DNA from: an uncultured virus (IMG/VR IMGVR_UViG_3300008113_000027)
Lineage: Duplodnaviria > Heunggongvirae > Uroviricota > Caudoviricetes
Virus record (IMG/VR): IMGVR_UViG_3300008113_000027
Reading direction: 5' to 3' (one strand)
DNA length: 64,000 nucleotides
Shown: piece after piece, positions 39,625-50,400 of the stretch
Layout of the letters: each line of letters begins with the position of its first letter
Numbering within the stretch: position 1 is the first letter of the stretch
Position numbers and translations under genes: made by a program
Notes under the pieces: model-generated
Database searches by the model: none
The model's input: the letters and a program-made list of their open reading frames with translations, nothing else
What the model was told of the DNA's origin: nothing

Positions 39625-40488
39625 ATGATAACTCAAACAATTAGAAAAGCATTAGATATAAAACCATCTGGAAGGAGTAGTGATTACATTACTCCTTCTT
39701 TTATTCATGGTTGTTTATTTAAATGTGGTTATTGTTATATGAGGAGGAATAAACCTGAAGGTATATCAATAGCTACAAATACTGATGAAATATTACAGAC
39801 TATATATAATCATGCTCAAACATTAGGTGTTAAAATACCTAATCAAACTCATGAAAATCTATGGACTTATGATATTTCTTGTAATGAAGATTTTGCACTA
39901 CATGCTAAATACCATGATTGGGAAAAGATATTTGATTTCTTTACTCAATCTGATTTACCTATAATGGGTACATTTGCAACTAAATATGTAAATGATAAAT
40001 TGTTAGATTACAATCCTGATAAAAAGATTAGGATTAGATTCTCACTTATGCCACAAAGTTTATCTGATATATTAGAACCAAACACTTCATTAATTTCAGA
40101 AAGAATAGATGCTATAAATGATTTCTACTATGCAGGTTATGATGTTCATATTAATTTTAGTCCTATTATAATTATTCCTGGAGCTAAATCTTTATATGAA
40201 GATTTGTTCAAAAAGATTGATTACTATGTGGATGATAAAATTAAAAATGATATACTTGCAGAATGTATTATGCTAACTCATAATAAAGGTATGCATGAAT
40301 ATAATTTAGAACATAATCCTGAAGTAGAAGAATTGTTATGGAATCCTGAAGTACAAGAAGATAAAACATCATCTTATGGTTCTAAGAACATTAGATATAA
40401 ATGGCAGTTAAAGAATAGGTATATATCTGATTTTGTAAAACTACATGATGAGATAATTCCCTGGAATAAAATTCGTTACATTTTTTAA
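39625..40488 (+). CDS. Spore photoproduct lyase-like radical SAM protein
   Basis: GCLFKCGYCYM (CxxxCxxC), DISCNED, FATKY, RIRFSLMP, NFSPII. Confidence 0.8.
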   Translation: MITQTIRKALDIKPSGRSSDYITPSFIHGCLFKCGYCYMRRNKPEGISIATNTDEILQTIYNHAQTLGVKIPNQTHENLWTYDISCNEDFALHAKYHDWEKIFDFFTQSDLPIMGTFATKYVNDKLLDYNPDKKIRIRFSLMPQSLSDILEPNTSLISERIDAINDFYYAGYDVHINFSPIIIIPGAKSLYEDLFKKIDYYVDDKIKNDILAECIMLTHNKGMHEYNLEHNPEVEELLWNPEVQEDKTSSYGSKNIRYKWQLKNRYISDFVKLHDEIIPWNKIRYIF

Positions 40489-40498
40489 ATAGAATAAT

Positions 40499-40714
40499 AT
40501 GACAGCAGTAGTATTTTTGGTAACAAAATTAAATAATAAAGTTGATTACATACCAATTGAAATGTGGGATGAAGTAAGAGAAATAATACAACAAGCCTTA
40601 GAAATAGAAAAGCAACAGATAAAAGATGCATTCCAGTATAAGTTCCTTCATCCTTATGTGGAGAACGAACCCGAACAATACTACAATGAAACCTATAAAA
40701 AAGATAACGTATGA
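40499..40714 (+). CDS. Small hypothetical protein (paralog of 40961..41194)
   Basis: MTAV..L...EKQQI...EQYYNETYKK. Confidence 0.55.
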   Translation: MTAVVFLVTKLNNKVDYIPIEMWDEVREIIQQALEIEKQQIKDAFQYKFLHPYVENEPEQYYNETYKKDNV

Positions 40715-40959
40715 CAAACGAAACACTTGAAGAAGCCGCAAAAAAATATAGTAATATTCCTATAAATACAGTAATAGATACTGAAGAAAGGTATTTTAAT
40801 AGCAATGTAAGAGATTATGATGCTTTTATAGAAGGTGCTGAATGGCAAGCTAAAAAGATGTATAGTGAGGAAGAAGTTATTGCAATAGTAGAAAAAAGCA
40901 GAGAAACAGGTTTGACTGCTGAATATTTACTTTTAACTGAACAATTTAAAAAGAAATGA
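40711..40959 (+). CDS. Small hypothetical protein
   Basis: ETLEEAA...FIEGAEWQ..MYSEEEV. Confidence 0.55.
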   Translation: MTNETLEEAAKKYSNIPINTVIDTEERYFNSNVRDYDAFIEGAEWQAKKMYSEEEVIAIVEKSRETGLTAEYLLLTEQFKKK

Positions 40960-40960
40960 T

Positions 40961-41194
40961 ATGACAGCAGTAGAATGGTTGATTGAAAAAATTGAAACTG
41001 GCAAGATTGAAATAGTATATTCAGACAAAATACATTCAATTAGATGCTTATCTGAGTTTGTCAAAGCAGCCATTGAAATGGAAAAGCAGCAGATAATAAA
41101 AGCAGCAAATTTACCAATAGAAAAAAGATGGTTTGATGCTACATTATATAAAAGCTGTGGAGAACAATATTATAATGAAACCTATAAAAAATAA
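40961..41194 (+). CDS. Small hypothetical protein (paralog of 40499..40714)
   Basis: MTAVEWL...EKQQI...EQYYNETYKK. Confidence 0.55.
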   Translation: MTAVEWLIEKIETGKIEIVYSDKIHSIRCLSEFVKAAIEMEKQQIIKAANLPIEKRWFDATLYKSCGEQYYNETYKK

Positions 41195-41282
41195 AACATC
41201 ACCTGTAAAGAAAATGATGGCAAAAGGGTTCAGATAAAGGTAACGGGCTCCTACCTACCCTGAACAAGATGTTTTATTTAAT

Positions 41283-41388
41283 AGTCCTGTGGCGGAATTG
41301 GTAGACGCTATACTAGATTGAAAGTAAAGATGTTTAATATAAAAGACTATATAAACACTTTATACAGGTTCGAATCCTGTCAGGACTA
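41283..41388 (+). tRNA. tRNA-like RNA (Leu/Ser-type D arm; aberrant anticodon arm, very long variable arm)
   Basis: Acceptor AGTCCTG/CAGGACT, TGGCGGAATTGGTAGACGC, T arm ACAGG-TTCGAAT-CCTGT; no encoded CCA. Confidence 0.65.
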
Positions 41389-41414
41389 TTTTTTAACTTT
41401 AAAACAAACACAAT

Positions 41415-42353
41415 ATGATACAAGCAAAGATAATAGCAGATTCTATTAATCCTCAAGGAGATAGACTAACTACATTTATAGTTACATTTCCAAGAATAAT
41501 CCTCTCTGAGTTTAATACTCACAGAATGTTCTCAAGAAATTCTGCATCAAGTAGAGCAATACCATTTGAGAAAATGGTTAAATCTGTAGAAGAAAATCCT
41601 TTTATACCTATTGCATGGCAAAAACAACACAAGGGAATGCAAGGTACTGAATACTGGACAGAAGAAAATATAATTAAGTATCTTGAAGATTCTTGGATAG
41701 AAAGTATGCATAAAGCATTACAAAGTGCTAAACTTTTAACTTCTAAAGGAGTAACCAAACAACTTTGTAATAGATTACTTGAACCATTTATGTGGCATAC
41801 AGTAATTATTACATCAGGAAAAGAAGGATTAGAAAACTTTTTTAACTTAAGAAATCATGAAGCTGCTGAAATTCATATTCAAGAATTAGCAAAAAGAATG
41901 TTAGAAGTTTATAATGAATCTAAACCTAAACAATTACAAACTGGTGAATGGCATATTCCTTTTAGTGATAATATTGATGAAAACAATTTAAAAGAAGTAC
42001 TTAAAAAGATGAGTATTCAAAATGAATTAGGTGAATCAATTATTGGAGCTGGTTCAAGAGCTATTAGAAAAATAGCAACAGCAAGATGTGCAAGAATATC
42101 ATACACAGTAGTAGGTGAAGAAAATAAAGAACCTAATTATGAAAATGACATTAAGTTACATGATAGACTAGCAGAGAGTGGTCATTGGAGTCCATTTGAA
42201 CATTGTGCTAAAGCTATGAGTGATACAGAGTATAGTAATTTTGTAAAAGGTGATACATCAAAAGCTAAACAAGGAAGTGATATTTATGGTTGGTGTAATA
42301 ATTTTAAAGGATTTATTCAATACAGATATTTAATAGAAAATGGACAAAGTTGA
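41415..42353 (+). CDS. thyX: Flavin-dependent thymidylate synthase
   Basis: EFNTHRMFSRNSASSRAIP, NRLLEP, HWSPFEH. Confidence 0.85.
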   Translation: MIQAKIIADSINPQGDRLTTFIVTFPRIILSEFNTHRMFSRNSASSRAIPFEKMVKSVEENPFIPIAWQKQHKGMQGTEYWTEENIIKYLEDSWIESMHKALQSAKLLTSKGVTKQLCNRLLEPFMWHTVIITSGKEGLENFFNLRNHEAAEIHIQELAKRMLEVYNESKPKQLQTGEWHIPFSDNIDENNLKEVLKKMSIQNELGESIIGAGSRAIRKIATARCARISYTVVGEENKEPNYENDIKLHDRLAESGHWSPFEHCAKAMSDTEYSNFVKGDTSKAKQGSDIYGWCNNFKGFIQYRYLIENGQS

Positions 42354-42561
42354 TTTATTATTCGAAATTAAGAAACTTAAAAAAATAATTGAACTTAAAG
42401 ACTCAGAAATTAGAGAACTTAAAAGTAAAATTAAAAGACAAGCTGCAATAGAAGAAAAGTTGCTTGAAGAATTTGAAAAAACATCTCATCAGTTAGCTAA
42501 ATGGATGCCATTTGATTATCCTGATGAGATTATTATTAAATCTAAATGTAATACAGTATGA
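42340..42561 (+). CDS. Small coiled-coil protein
   Basis: 73 aa ORF. Confidence 0.45.
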   Translation: MDKVDLLFEIKKLKKIIELKDSEIRELKSKIKRQAAIEEKLLEEFEKTSHQLAKWMPFDYPDEIIIKSKCNTV

Positions 42562-43094
42562 GATGGTTAGTTTTTGTTTTATGTTTATTTATCATTACAA
42601 ATTGTAGTTCAAAATTACCAACAATAAAAGAGCCACAAAAAGTATGTGTAGATTATGAACCAATAGATACATTTGTAAATTGGTCTATTAATGCAAAACC
42701 ACAATCTGAATGGACAGATGTAGATTGGTTAGCAAAAATGATGATGTCAGAAATTAATGATAGCTTAGATATTGAAGGATTATATCTTGTAGCAATTACA
42801 GCAGTTAATCACACTAAGATGTTTGATAGGTCATTAATTGAAGCATTAACTTATCCAAATATTTTTTGTGCAGTAAATAATAATTCATGTTATTACTGGA
42901 GAGCTGAACCTACAACAGTTCATAAAAGATTAGCAATCATAGCATTATCTCAAGAAGTACCTAAAGAGTTATCTAATTTATTTGCATTTTGTGCTTATGA
43001 CCAAATAAGTAATAGTGCAAAAAGTTGGTTTTCACAATTTAAAGTTTATAAAAAAATCAAGACAGTTAGCTTTTATATGAATGAAAAAGTGTAA
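42558..43094 (+). CDS. SleB/Hydrolase_2-like cell wall hydrolase with lipoprotein-like signal
   Basis: DVDWLAKMMMSE...G.YLVA...VN pattern; IITNC. Confidence 0.5.
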   Translation: MRWLVFVLCLFIITNCSSKLPTIKEPQKVCVDYEPIDTFVNWSINAKPQSEWTDVDWLAKMMMSEINDSLDIEGLYLVAITAVNHTKMFDRSLIEALTYPNIFCAVNNNSCYYWRAEPTTVHKRLAIIALSQEVPKELSNLFAFCAYDQISNSAKSWFSQFKVYKKIKTVSFYMNEKV

Positions 43095-43121
43095 TTTTGT
43101 TTTTTACTAAATTATAATGAA

Positions 43122-43622
43122 ATGGAAATCAAAGTAACAAAGAAACATGAAAATGTAGTATTACCAGAATATGCTACAGAAGGTGCAGCAGGATTTGACT
43201 TAATAGCTGATTCATTTTTGCAACTATACAATAAACATCTCCCTATATCATTTGATGAAAAACTTAAATACTCTATTCAAAAAGGATATTTAGTTTTAAG
43301 ACCTAATGAAAGATTGTTAGTAGGAACAGGATTGTTTATGCAAATACCTCAAGGATATGAACTTCAGATTAGAGATAGAAGTGGCCTTTCATTAAAAAAA
43401 GGTTTAAAAGTATTTAATGCTCCTGGAACTATTGATTCTGATTACAGAGGAGAAATTGGAGTTATACTTGCTAATCTATCTGATGGTCTTGTTAAAGTAC
43501 AACTTGGAGAAAGAATTGCTCAAGGAGTAATCTCTAAAGTAGAGCAAATTAAATTTACACTAGCAGAACAACTAACTGAAACTAAAAGAGATTCAGGTGG
43601 TTTTGGTAGTACAGGATATTAA
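43122..43622 (+). CDS. dut: Trimeric dUTPase
   Basis: AGFDL, RSGL, GTIDSDYRGEI, RIAQ, R..GGFGSTG. Confidence 0.95.
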   Translation: MEIKVTKKHENVVLPEYATEGAAGFDLIADSFLQLYNKHLPISFDEKLKYSIQKGYLVLRPNERLLVGTGLFMQIPQGYELQIRDRSGLSLKKGLKVFNAPGTIDSDYRGEIGVILANLSDGLVKVQLGERIAQGVISKVEQIKFTLAEQLTETKRDSGGFGSTGY

Positions 43623-43650
43623 GTTAGTTTCTTTTTTTTGTGTGGCTCAT

Positions 43651-43677
43651 GGGGGTGTAGAAATACACCCCTTTTTT
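43651..43677 (+). terminator. Intrinsic terminator
   Basis: GGGGTGTA-GAAA-TACACCCC plus T-run. Confidence 0.8.
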
Positions 43678-43689
43678 AAATCTAAAATT

Positions 43690-44406
43690 ATGAACATTAA
43701 AATTCCAATTTGGGCATTAGCTCTTATTGCAGCTCTATTTTTAATAGTGACTTGTAATAGTGAGCAAAAAGTAAATTTTACTAAAAAACAATGGAAACTA
43801 TACAAGACATTATTAGAAGATAGTCTTGTACAATTCAAAGATAAGAATGGAACATTGTCAAGTAAGGTTAGAGTAATGGAAGTTATTAGTGCAAATCAAA
43901 TACTAGAACTTAACAGCAATAAACAAACTGTTATAAGGCTCCAGGATGAATTAAAACAGTATAAGGGTGGAGTAACAAATTCTACGGCATTCACAGGCCA
44001 AACGAAATTTGATACAATTATAAAAACCGAAATAAAATATGTTTATGATACTCTGTTTCAAGATGGTGATACTATACTAATACCTCTTCAAAAATATGCT
44101 GTGCATCATAATGATAGGTGGATAGGTGTAAATTTTGATTCAGATAGTTCTAACACCAAAATCAGTATTCAAGTAGAAAATGAGTACTCAGTTAGTCTTG
44201 TAAAAAATAAGAAAAAATATGAAGCTATAGTAAAAAATTATAATCCATATTCTTCTATTTCAGAAATTAGTGCAGTATCTTTACAAGGATTACCAAGAAC
44301 TAAAAGATTTGGAATAGGATTACAAATTGGTTATGGTATAAATTCCTCTTTTAAAATACAACCATACTTAGGCGTAGGTATGTCATACAATGTTGTTCGG
44401 TTTTAG
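43690..44406 (+). CDS. Membrane-anchored envelope protein, possibly spanin-like
   Basis: N-terminal TM, coiled segment, C-terminal amphipathic beta hairpin ending GVGMSYNVVRF; start re-called to 43690. Confidence 0.45.
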   Translation: MNIKIPIWALALIAALFLIVTCNSEQKVNFTKKQWKLYKTLLEDSLVQFKDKNGTLSSKVRVMEVISANQILELNSNKQTVIRLQDELKQYKGGVTNSTAFTGQTKFDTIIKTEIKYVYDTLFQDGDTILIPLQKYAVHHNDRWIGVNFDSDSSNTKISIQVENEYSVSLVKNKKKYEAIVKNYNPYSSISEISAVSLQGLPRTKRFGIGLQIGYGINSSFKIQPYLGVGMSYNVVRF

Positions 44407-44441
44407 TTTTCATTAGTTAGTTATTTTGGTTTTTAAAAGTG

Positions 44442-44473
44442 AAAAGGTTTCCGTAAATGGAAACCTTTTTTTT
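44442..44473. terminator. Bidirectional terminator between convergent blocks
   Basis: AAAAGGTTTCC/GGAAACCTTTT flanked by A and T runs. Confidence 0.8.
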
Positions 44474-44481
44474 TATTATTA

Positions 44482-47400
44482 TCATTCTCTACTGTCTGGA
44501 TTTTTAATATCTTTAAGTAAAGGAAATCTTTTATTTAAAATTTTATTAATTTGTTTATCAGGCACTCCTTGTTCTTCAAGTTCTGCTCTTAATACAGCTC
44601 TTTTACCCTCTAATATTTTATTAGCTTTTTTAGTATCATCAAAATACCAATCATCATAATGAGTTTTTTCAAATTGCATTTCCATTTGTTTTGAAAATCC
44701 AAAATAAGAATCTCTAACAATAGAAGGTAATGCAATTTTATAAAATGCATTTGCTGTTTTAGAATCTCCTGCATTAATACCTCTTGTAATAATATCATTA
44801 CCTTCTACCCATTCTTGAGTTGCACCTACAAATTTAGTAACATCATTAAAAAATCTAATAATTGGTTGCTCACTTACTAAATTAGTCCATATTTCAGGAG
44901 TAGCATACATATTAGAAGATGCTAATACTTGTAATGTTCTATTTACAATTAAGTTATGAGCAATTCTTTCTGGTGAATCTTCTTCATCGTCATCATCCCA
45001 AAACATACTTTTAGCAATAAGTGATAATGCAATCCAAGTAAGTTGTAATGACATCTCAGTTACCAATGCTCTCATGTTTTTCATATCTCTTTCAGTAAAT
45101 TTACCTTCACCAAGTTTACCTTGTTTTATAAGTTTTTCATAACCTACAAATTCATTCATTACTTGTTTACCTGTAAATGTACTACCTATAAAATTTACAG
45201 GCATACCTATCATTTTTCTTGCTATTGCTTTTCCAAGAAATGCATATTCACCTAAAGTGCTTAAATTACTTCTTACTCCTGTCCTTTTACCTATAAGATG
45301 ACCTGTTGCAAAACCTACAGCAGCTCCTAATAATGGACCACCAAATCCCCAACCTACTATACCACCCATTATACTTAATGATGCTTTAGTATGTGACCTG
45401 TATCTACCTTTATAACCTTTAACTCCTAACTCTACATCATCTCTTTCACTAGCAAATCTTGTATAAAGTTGAGAACCAACCCAAGTTTTAAACATCATTA
45501 ATGCTTTACCCATAGTACTTGATTTAGCCATCATACCTCTAAGGTTATCATAACCTAAACCATGTGCCATTCCAATAGCTTGAGATGTTTTAGTTTTAAA
45601 TGAAGTAAAAGCTTCTCCTTGTCCTAATTCCCAAGTTTTAATATTTTCTTCAGTTCTAAATTCAGGTAATAATTTACCATTTATATCCATTGCATCCCAA
45701 GGATTAGATTTTTGTCCATTTTTACCTATAATTTCAGTATCAAACATAACTGAAAGCATTAGTGGAGTTTGATTAAGATACTCTGTTCTTTTATTAATCT
45801 CCATTGGAGTAAACTTATCTAAAACATCTAATGAAGTTTTAACAGATGCTTTTTGTAATTCATTAGTAGAATCTTGAAGTATATTATATCTGTCAACTAA
45901 TACTCTTAGTTTTCTTGAACCTTGAGTACTCCTATTAGTATTACCTGTTACGCTTTTAAATAAAGAACCTTTAACAATATTTAATGCTCTATAATAATGA
46001 TGAGGTTCAAAGTGGTCACCATTAGCAGCAATAATCATATTAGCTATTTGACCCTCCATGTAGTTAGTAATACCTGAAGATAAGTTATAACCTAATCCTA
46101 AATATCTAATGTAATTAAATAAGTTTTCAAATGCTGCACTTGCAGATACTTGTTTACCTAAATTAGCTTTTATTTTTAATAACTTATTTATTTCATTTTC
46201 ATCTTTTGAATCATTAATCATTTCATTGAGTTTTTTATTTAACTCTTTGTCTTTTTGAGATAATATTCTTCCTGATATAAGATTACCTATTTTATCTTTT
46301 AATGTTTTAGAGTCAACATTTTCAGAATCAATTACACCAAATGCTTTTGCATCTCTATTACCAAGTATAACTCTATTAAACCAATCTTCCATTTGAGTAT
46401 TAGCTCTTGTTCTTAATCCTTCTGTTTGTCCTTGTTGAGAAAAAATATTAGTTACTCCTATACCTTGTTTATTAGTTTTTGGTTTTTGTATTTGGGTATA
46501 ATGATTCTTCATCATTTCCATATAAGGTAATAACTCTTGTCTTGCAGTATACTCAGCAGCCATCATATTATAGTATCTGATTAATTTAGGTAAATCAGTA
46601 GAACTATCTTGAATTATATCTGCCATTACTGAATTTTCTAATATTTTACCAACAGGTATTCTTTCACCATATTTAGCAATTAATGCTTCATAAGTAGGAG
46701 CAATGTTAGTTTTTTCACTAATTAAATTAAGAAGACTTGATGGTAATTTATATACATCAATAGTACCATTTCTTCTTATTTTTAACTTACCCATACCTGG
46801 TAAGTTATTAGCTTTAATTAATTCCATTGTCAATAAATCATTTATCCTGGATTTATTATTGTTTAAAAATTCAGCATTTACTGTTGGCTCTGTTTTACCT
46901 GTAATAACATCTTCATTTTCAAATGATATAGAACTTTGAGGATTTATACCAAATCCACCCCTTACTCTATCATAGAAATCTACTAAAGCATTCCATAGTT
47001 TTTTATACAATGAAATATTAGGGTCAGATAATATTTCTCTAAATGTTTTTTGTACAGTAGGTAATGAATTTGAAAAGAGTTGTTCTTGTACTTCAGTAGG
47101 AAATGAATTTAAAATAGTAGTCATTTGTTCTTGTACTATTTGATAGTATTCATAAAGGTCTTTATTTTTTTCAATTTGTTCAAATTGTTTATCATAATAA
47201 CCAGTAGATTCTCCTTTACCAACAGTTACATATCTACCTGACTTATCTTGAGATACTGATTCTGCTTTATATCTTCTTGGAACACTAATGTTGTATTCCA
47301 TACTTGAATTTACAAATTTATTTCCTATTTGTACATCACCATAATAAAAGTAATCGGCACCTGTAAATGGACTTTTTGCAGCTTCATTAAACATAATATC

Positions 47401-50400
47401 TGCTTGTACATTTTCACTTAACTGTTCAAAAGTATCTACTCCATTTTCTTCTAATGCCATTTGTCTATTGGCTTCTTTCCATACAAAATATTTTTTAATC
47501 TGTTTAATTTGTTTAGCTACTTCTTCTTTGTATGCTTGTTCACTACCTAAGTTTTCAATAAGTTCTTTTCTATGGTTATCATCTACTTCATCAAAATATT
47601 CATCAGCTAAATCAGGAAATGCTTCTCTAACTTCTCTAAGTCTTCTTATATCAAACACTAATACATTTTCTCTATACCATTGTTGTCTTTCTTGATAAGC
47701 TTGCTTAAGTAGTTTATTTTTTGCTTGTTCATCTAAACCAGATGTTCTAATAAGTCTTAATTGTTCTTTAAAATCAGCTTGTATAGTTGCTCTTGTATCA
47801 AAAAAGTCTTGATTATATCTGTTTACAAGTCTTCCTGTATTTCTACCCATTGATTTTTGAAAGAATATATCAAAAGATGGATTAGTAAAATTAAGGGCAC
47901 TTAAAACTGCACCCATACTCCTTAATGCTTTTTCAGCTTTAACAAGAGCTTTATTATGTTTTTCTTCAAATTGTTTAGCTTTACTTATTTTTTCAGCAAA
48001 TATTCTTTGTGTTATATCCATCATAACTTGTGGAATAACATTATTAGCTGATATAGTTTTACTTGGGTCCATAATCATCATATCTACCCAACTAATATCT
48101 CCTATTGGTGCAGTAAGATGTTTGTAAGAAAGGTCTTCTGAATATAGTTGTTTAATAGTAGGATGACTATTAATTATATTCTCTAATGCTTTCTTTTGTT
48201 TTTGTTCTAATTGAGTTTCATAACCTGCAAATGCTTTAGATAAATTTTCAAAGAAGTCAATAGTTTGTTGAGGTAATTGCATTTTACCATCAGCATCAAA
48301 GATTTCTTCTTCAAAAAATATTGGATGACTTGTAATAGGGTCATTATCAAGAGTAACTTTTTTAGCATTAAAACTCATTGCTTTGTAAAAGTTAATAATT
48401 CTCTTGGCTTCATTAATATCATTTACATTTTCTGACTCAAGTAAAGTTTGTAATCTTTGTAAATCTTGTTGAGCTTGGAATTTTAATTTACCATAACTAT
48501 ATCCTGATTCAGTATCTATTATATCATTTTCTAATTGGTCTAATCTTTCTTGTAGTTGATTTTCTTTTCTTGCAAAAGATAATGCTTCTTCTTTTGATTC
48601 AGCATCTTTAATCATAGCTTGAAGATTAGCAATCCTATCTTTAAGTTTAGACCTTAATGATTTTTTGTAACTAAGTACTTTATCAAAATTAGTAATTACT
48701 TCATCATCTAATGCACTATCAGTTTCTATTCCAGCTTCTTCTTTAGTTTGCTTCTGCTGTTGATTTGCTGCATACTCTGCTGCTAAATCATCAAAGTTAA
48801 ATTCATCATCTACAAACTCATCAACATCTGATTCTTCTTTAGGGTCAAATGATTTATTAGAATCTACAAACTCTTTAAATCCTTTTATATCATCTTTACT
48901 TCCTAATATATGAATTTGTTCAGGTTCAAATACTGTTGCAAATACTAATTCTTCTTTATTTGCTAACTCTTTCCAATCATCTAATGCTTTTTGATAACTA
49001 TTTTCTATATCTTCCAATTCTTCTTTAGAAAAATCACTAGGGTCAATATCTGGAAATTGTGGTTTAATAGCATCCATATCAGCTCCAGGTTCTTTTAAAT
49101 AAGTAATAAACCCATCAGAATCTTTTACTTGTCTATAACCAGAAGCATCTATAGCACTCATAAAAATTCCATGACTATATTTCATTGGAGTTTTTAAATT
49201 TAAAATACTTGCAATTTTAAATCCTTCTTTAGTATAATAATTTGGGTCTTTACTAAAAAAAATACCATCATCTGCTCCTTTACTTAAAGATTGTTCAGAT
49301 GGTTTATTAAATTTATCTCCTATAAATTTTTTAAATGTTGTATGATAAACAATATCTTTTACTTGACTATCAGGAAAGATAGTATCTAAGTATTGAGAAT
49401 ATTGTTGAGGAGTTCCAATAGAAGATAATTCAGAATTATTATTAAATAGTTCTTTTACTCCTGGTTTTATTTCTTTTGGTTCAAATGATTTATCTTGAGA
49501 TGGAGCAAATAAAGGTTCAACAGGTTCATTTTCTAAAAACTGTTGATTATATTGTTCATACTCAAGATAATTCTTTTGTTCTTCTAATACATTAGTAGCT
49601 ATATCAAATGCTTGTTCATATAAACTTGTACCTTTTTTAAATCCTAAATATTTAAACAAATGGTCTAAAAACTCTTCAAGATAGTTTTTATATTTTTTTG
49701 TTTCAATAGCTGGTAACTTTTGTAATTCTTTTATAAATTTAGAATCAGTAAATATACCTACTAAAAACTCATCTATATTTTCTAACTCATAACTTTTTGG
49801 TAAATTTTTTTTAGCATGTTCATAAAGTTTAAATAAATCTTCATTAGTATCATTACGTTGTCTTAATTGAAAATAACTTATAGAATGCAATACTTCGTGA
49901 AGTATTAATTTTTCAATAGTAGGAAATGGAGAGTTAGTGTATAATAGTATATTATTATCTGTTGGAAAATATGTTCCTGCTGCTGTTGCTTCACTACCAT
50001 CACTAAGTTTAAATTTACGAGCATTATTTGTTAATACAATATCTACATCATTAGCTTTTACATAAGGTAATAATTTTTCAGCAAGTTTATTCAATGGGTG
50101 ATTACTTTTACTAATTTCAAGTAATACTTCAGATGATTTTCTTGTATTTGAATTTTTAAAGTAAGATGCTTTAGCTACTGTACCTACTGTTATACCAGTT
50201 GTTTCTGCTGCATTAAATAAATAATCTTCATCATATTCTAATCCTGCTCTTTTAGCATCCCTCATTTGAGTAAGTTTTGCTTCTTTTTCAATTTTTTTAG
50301 ATGTTTCTTTTTCTTCAATAGATTCTCTTATTGTTGAAATTTTATCTATTTCTTTAAATACTTTAGTATTAGGATATACTTTAGTTCCTTGTTTGTTTTC

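Noticed and set aside
43597..43689. 5' extension of the 269-aa ORF
   Set aside because: Overlaps the dUTPase end and a terminator; ATG 43690 has the typical leader
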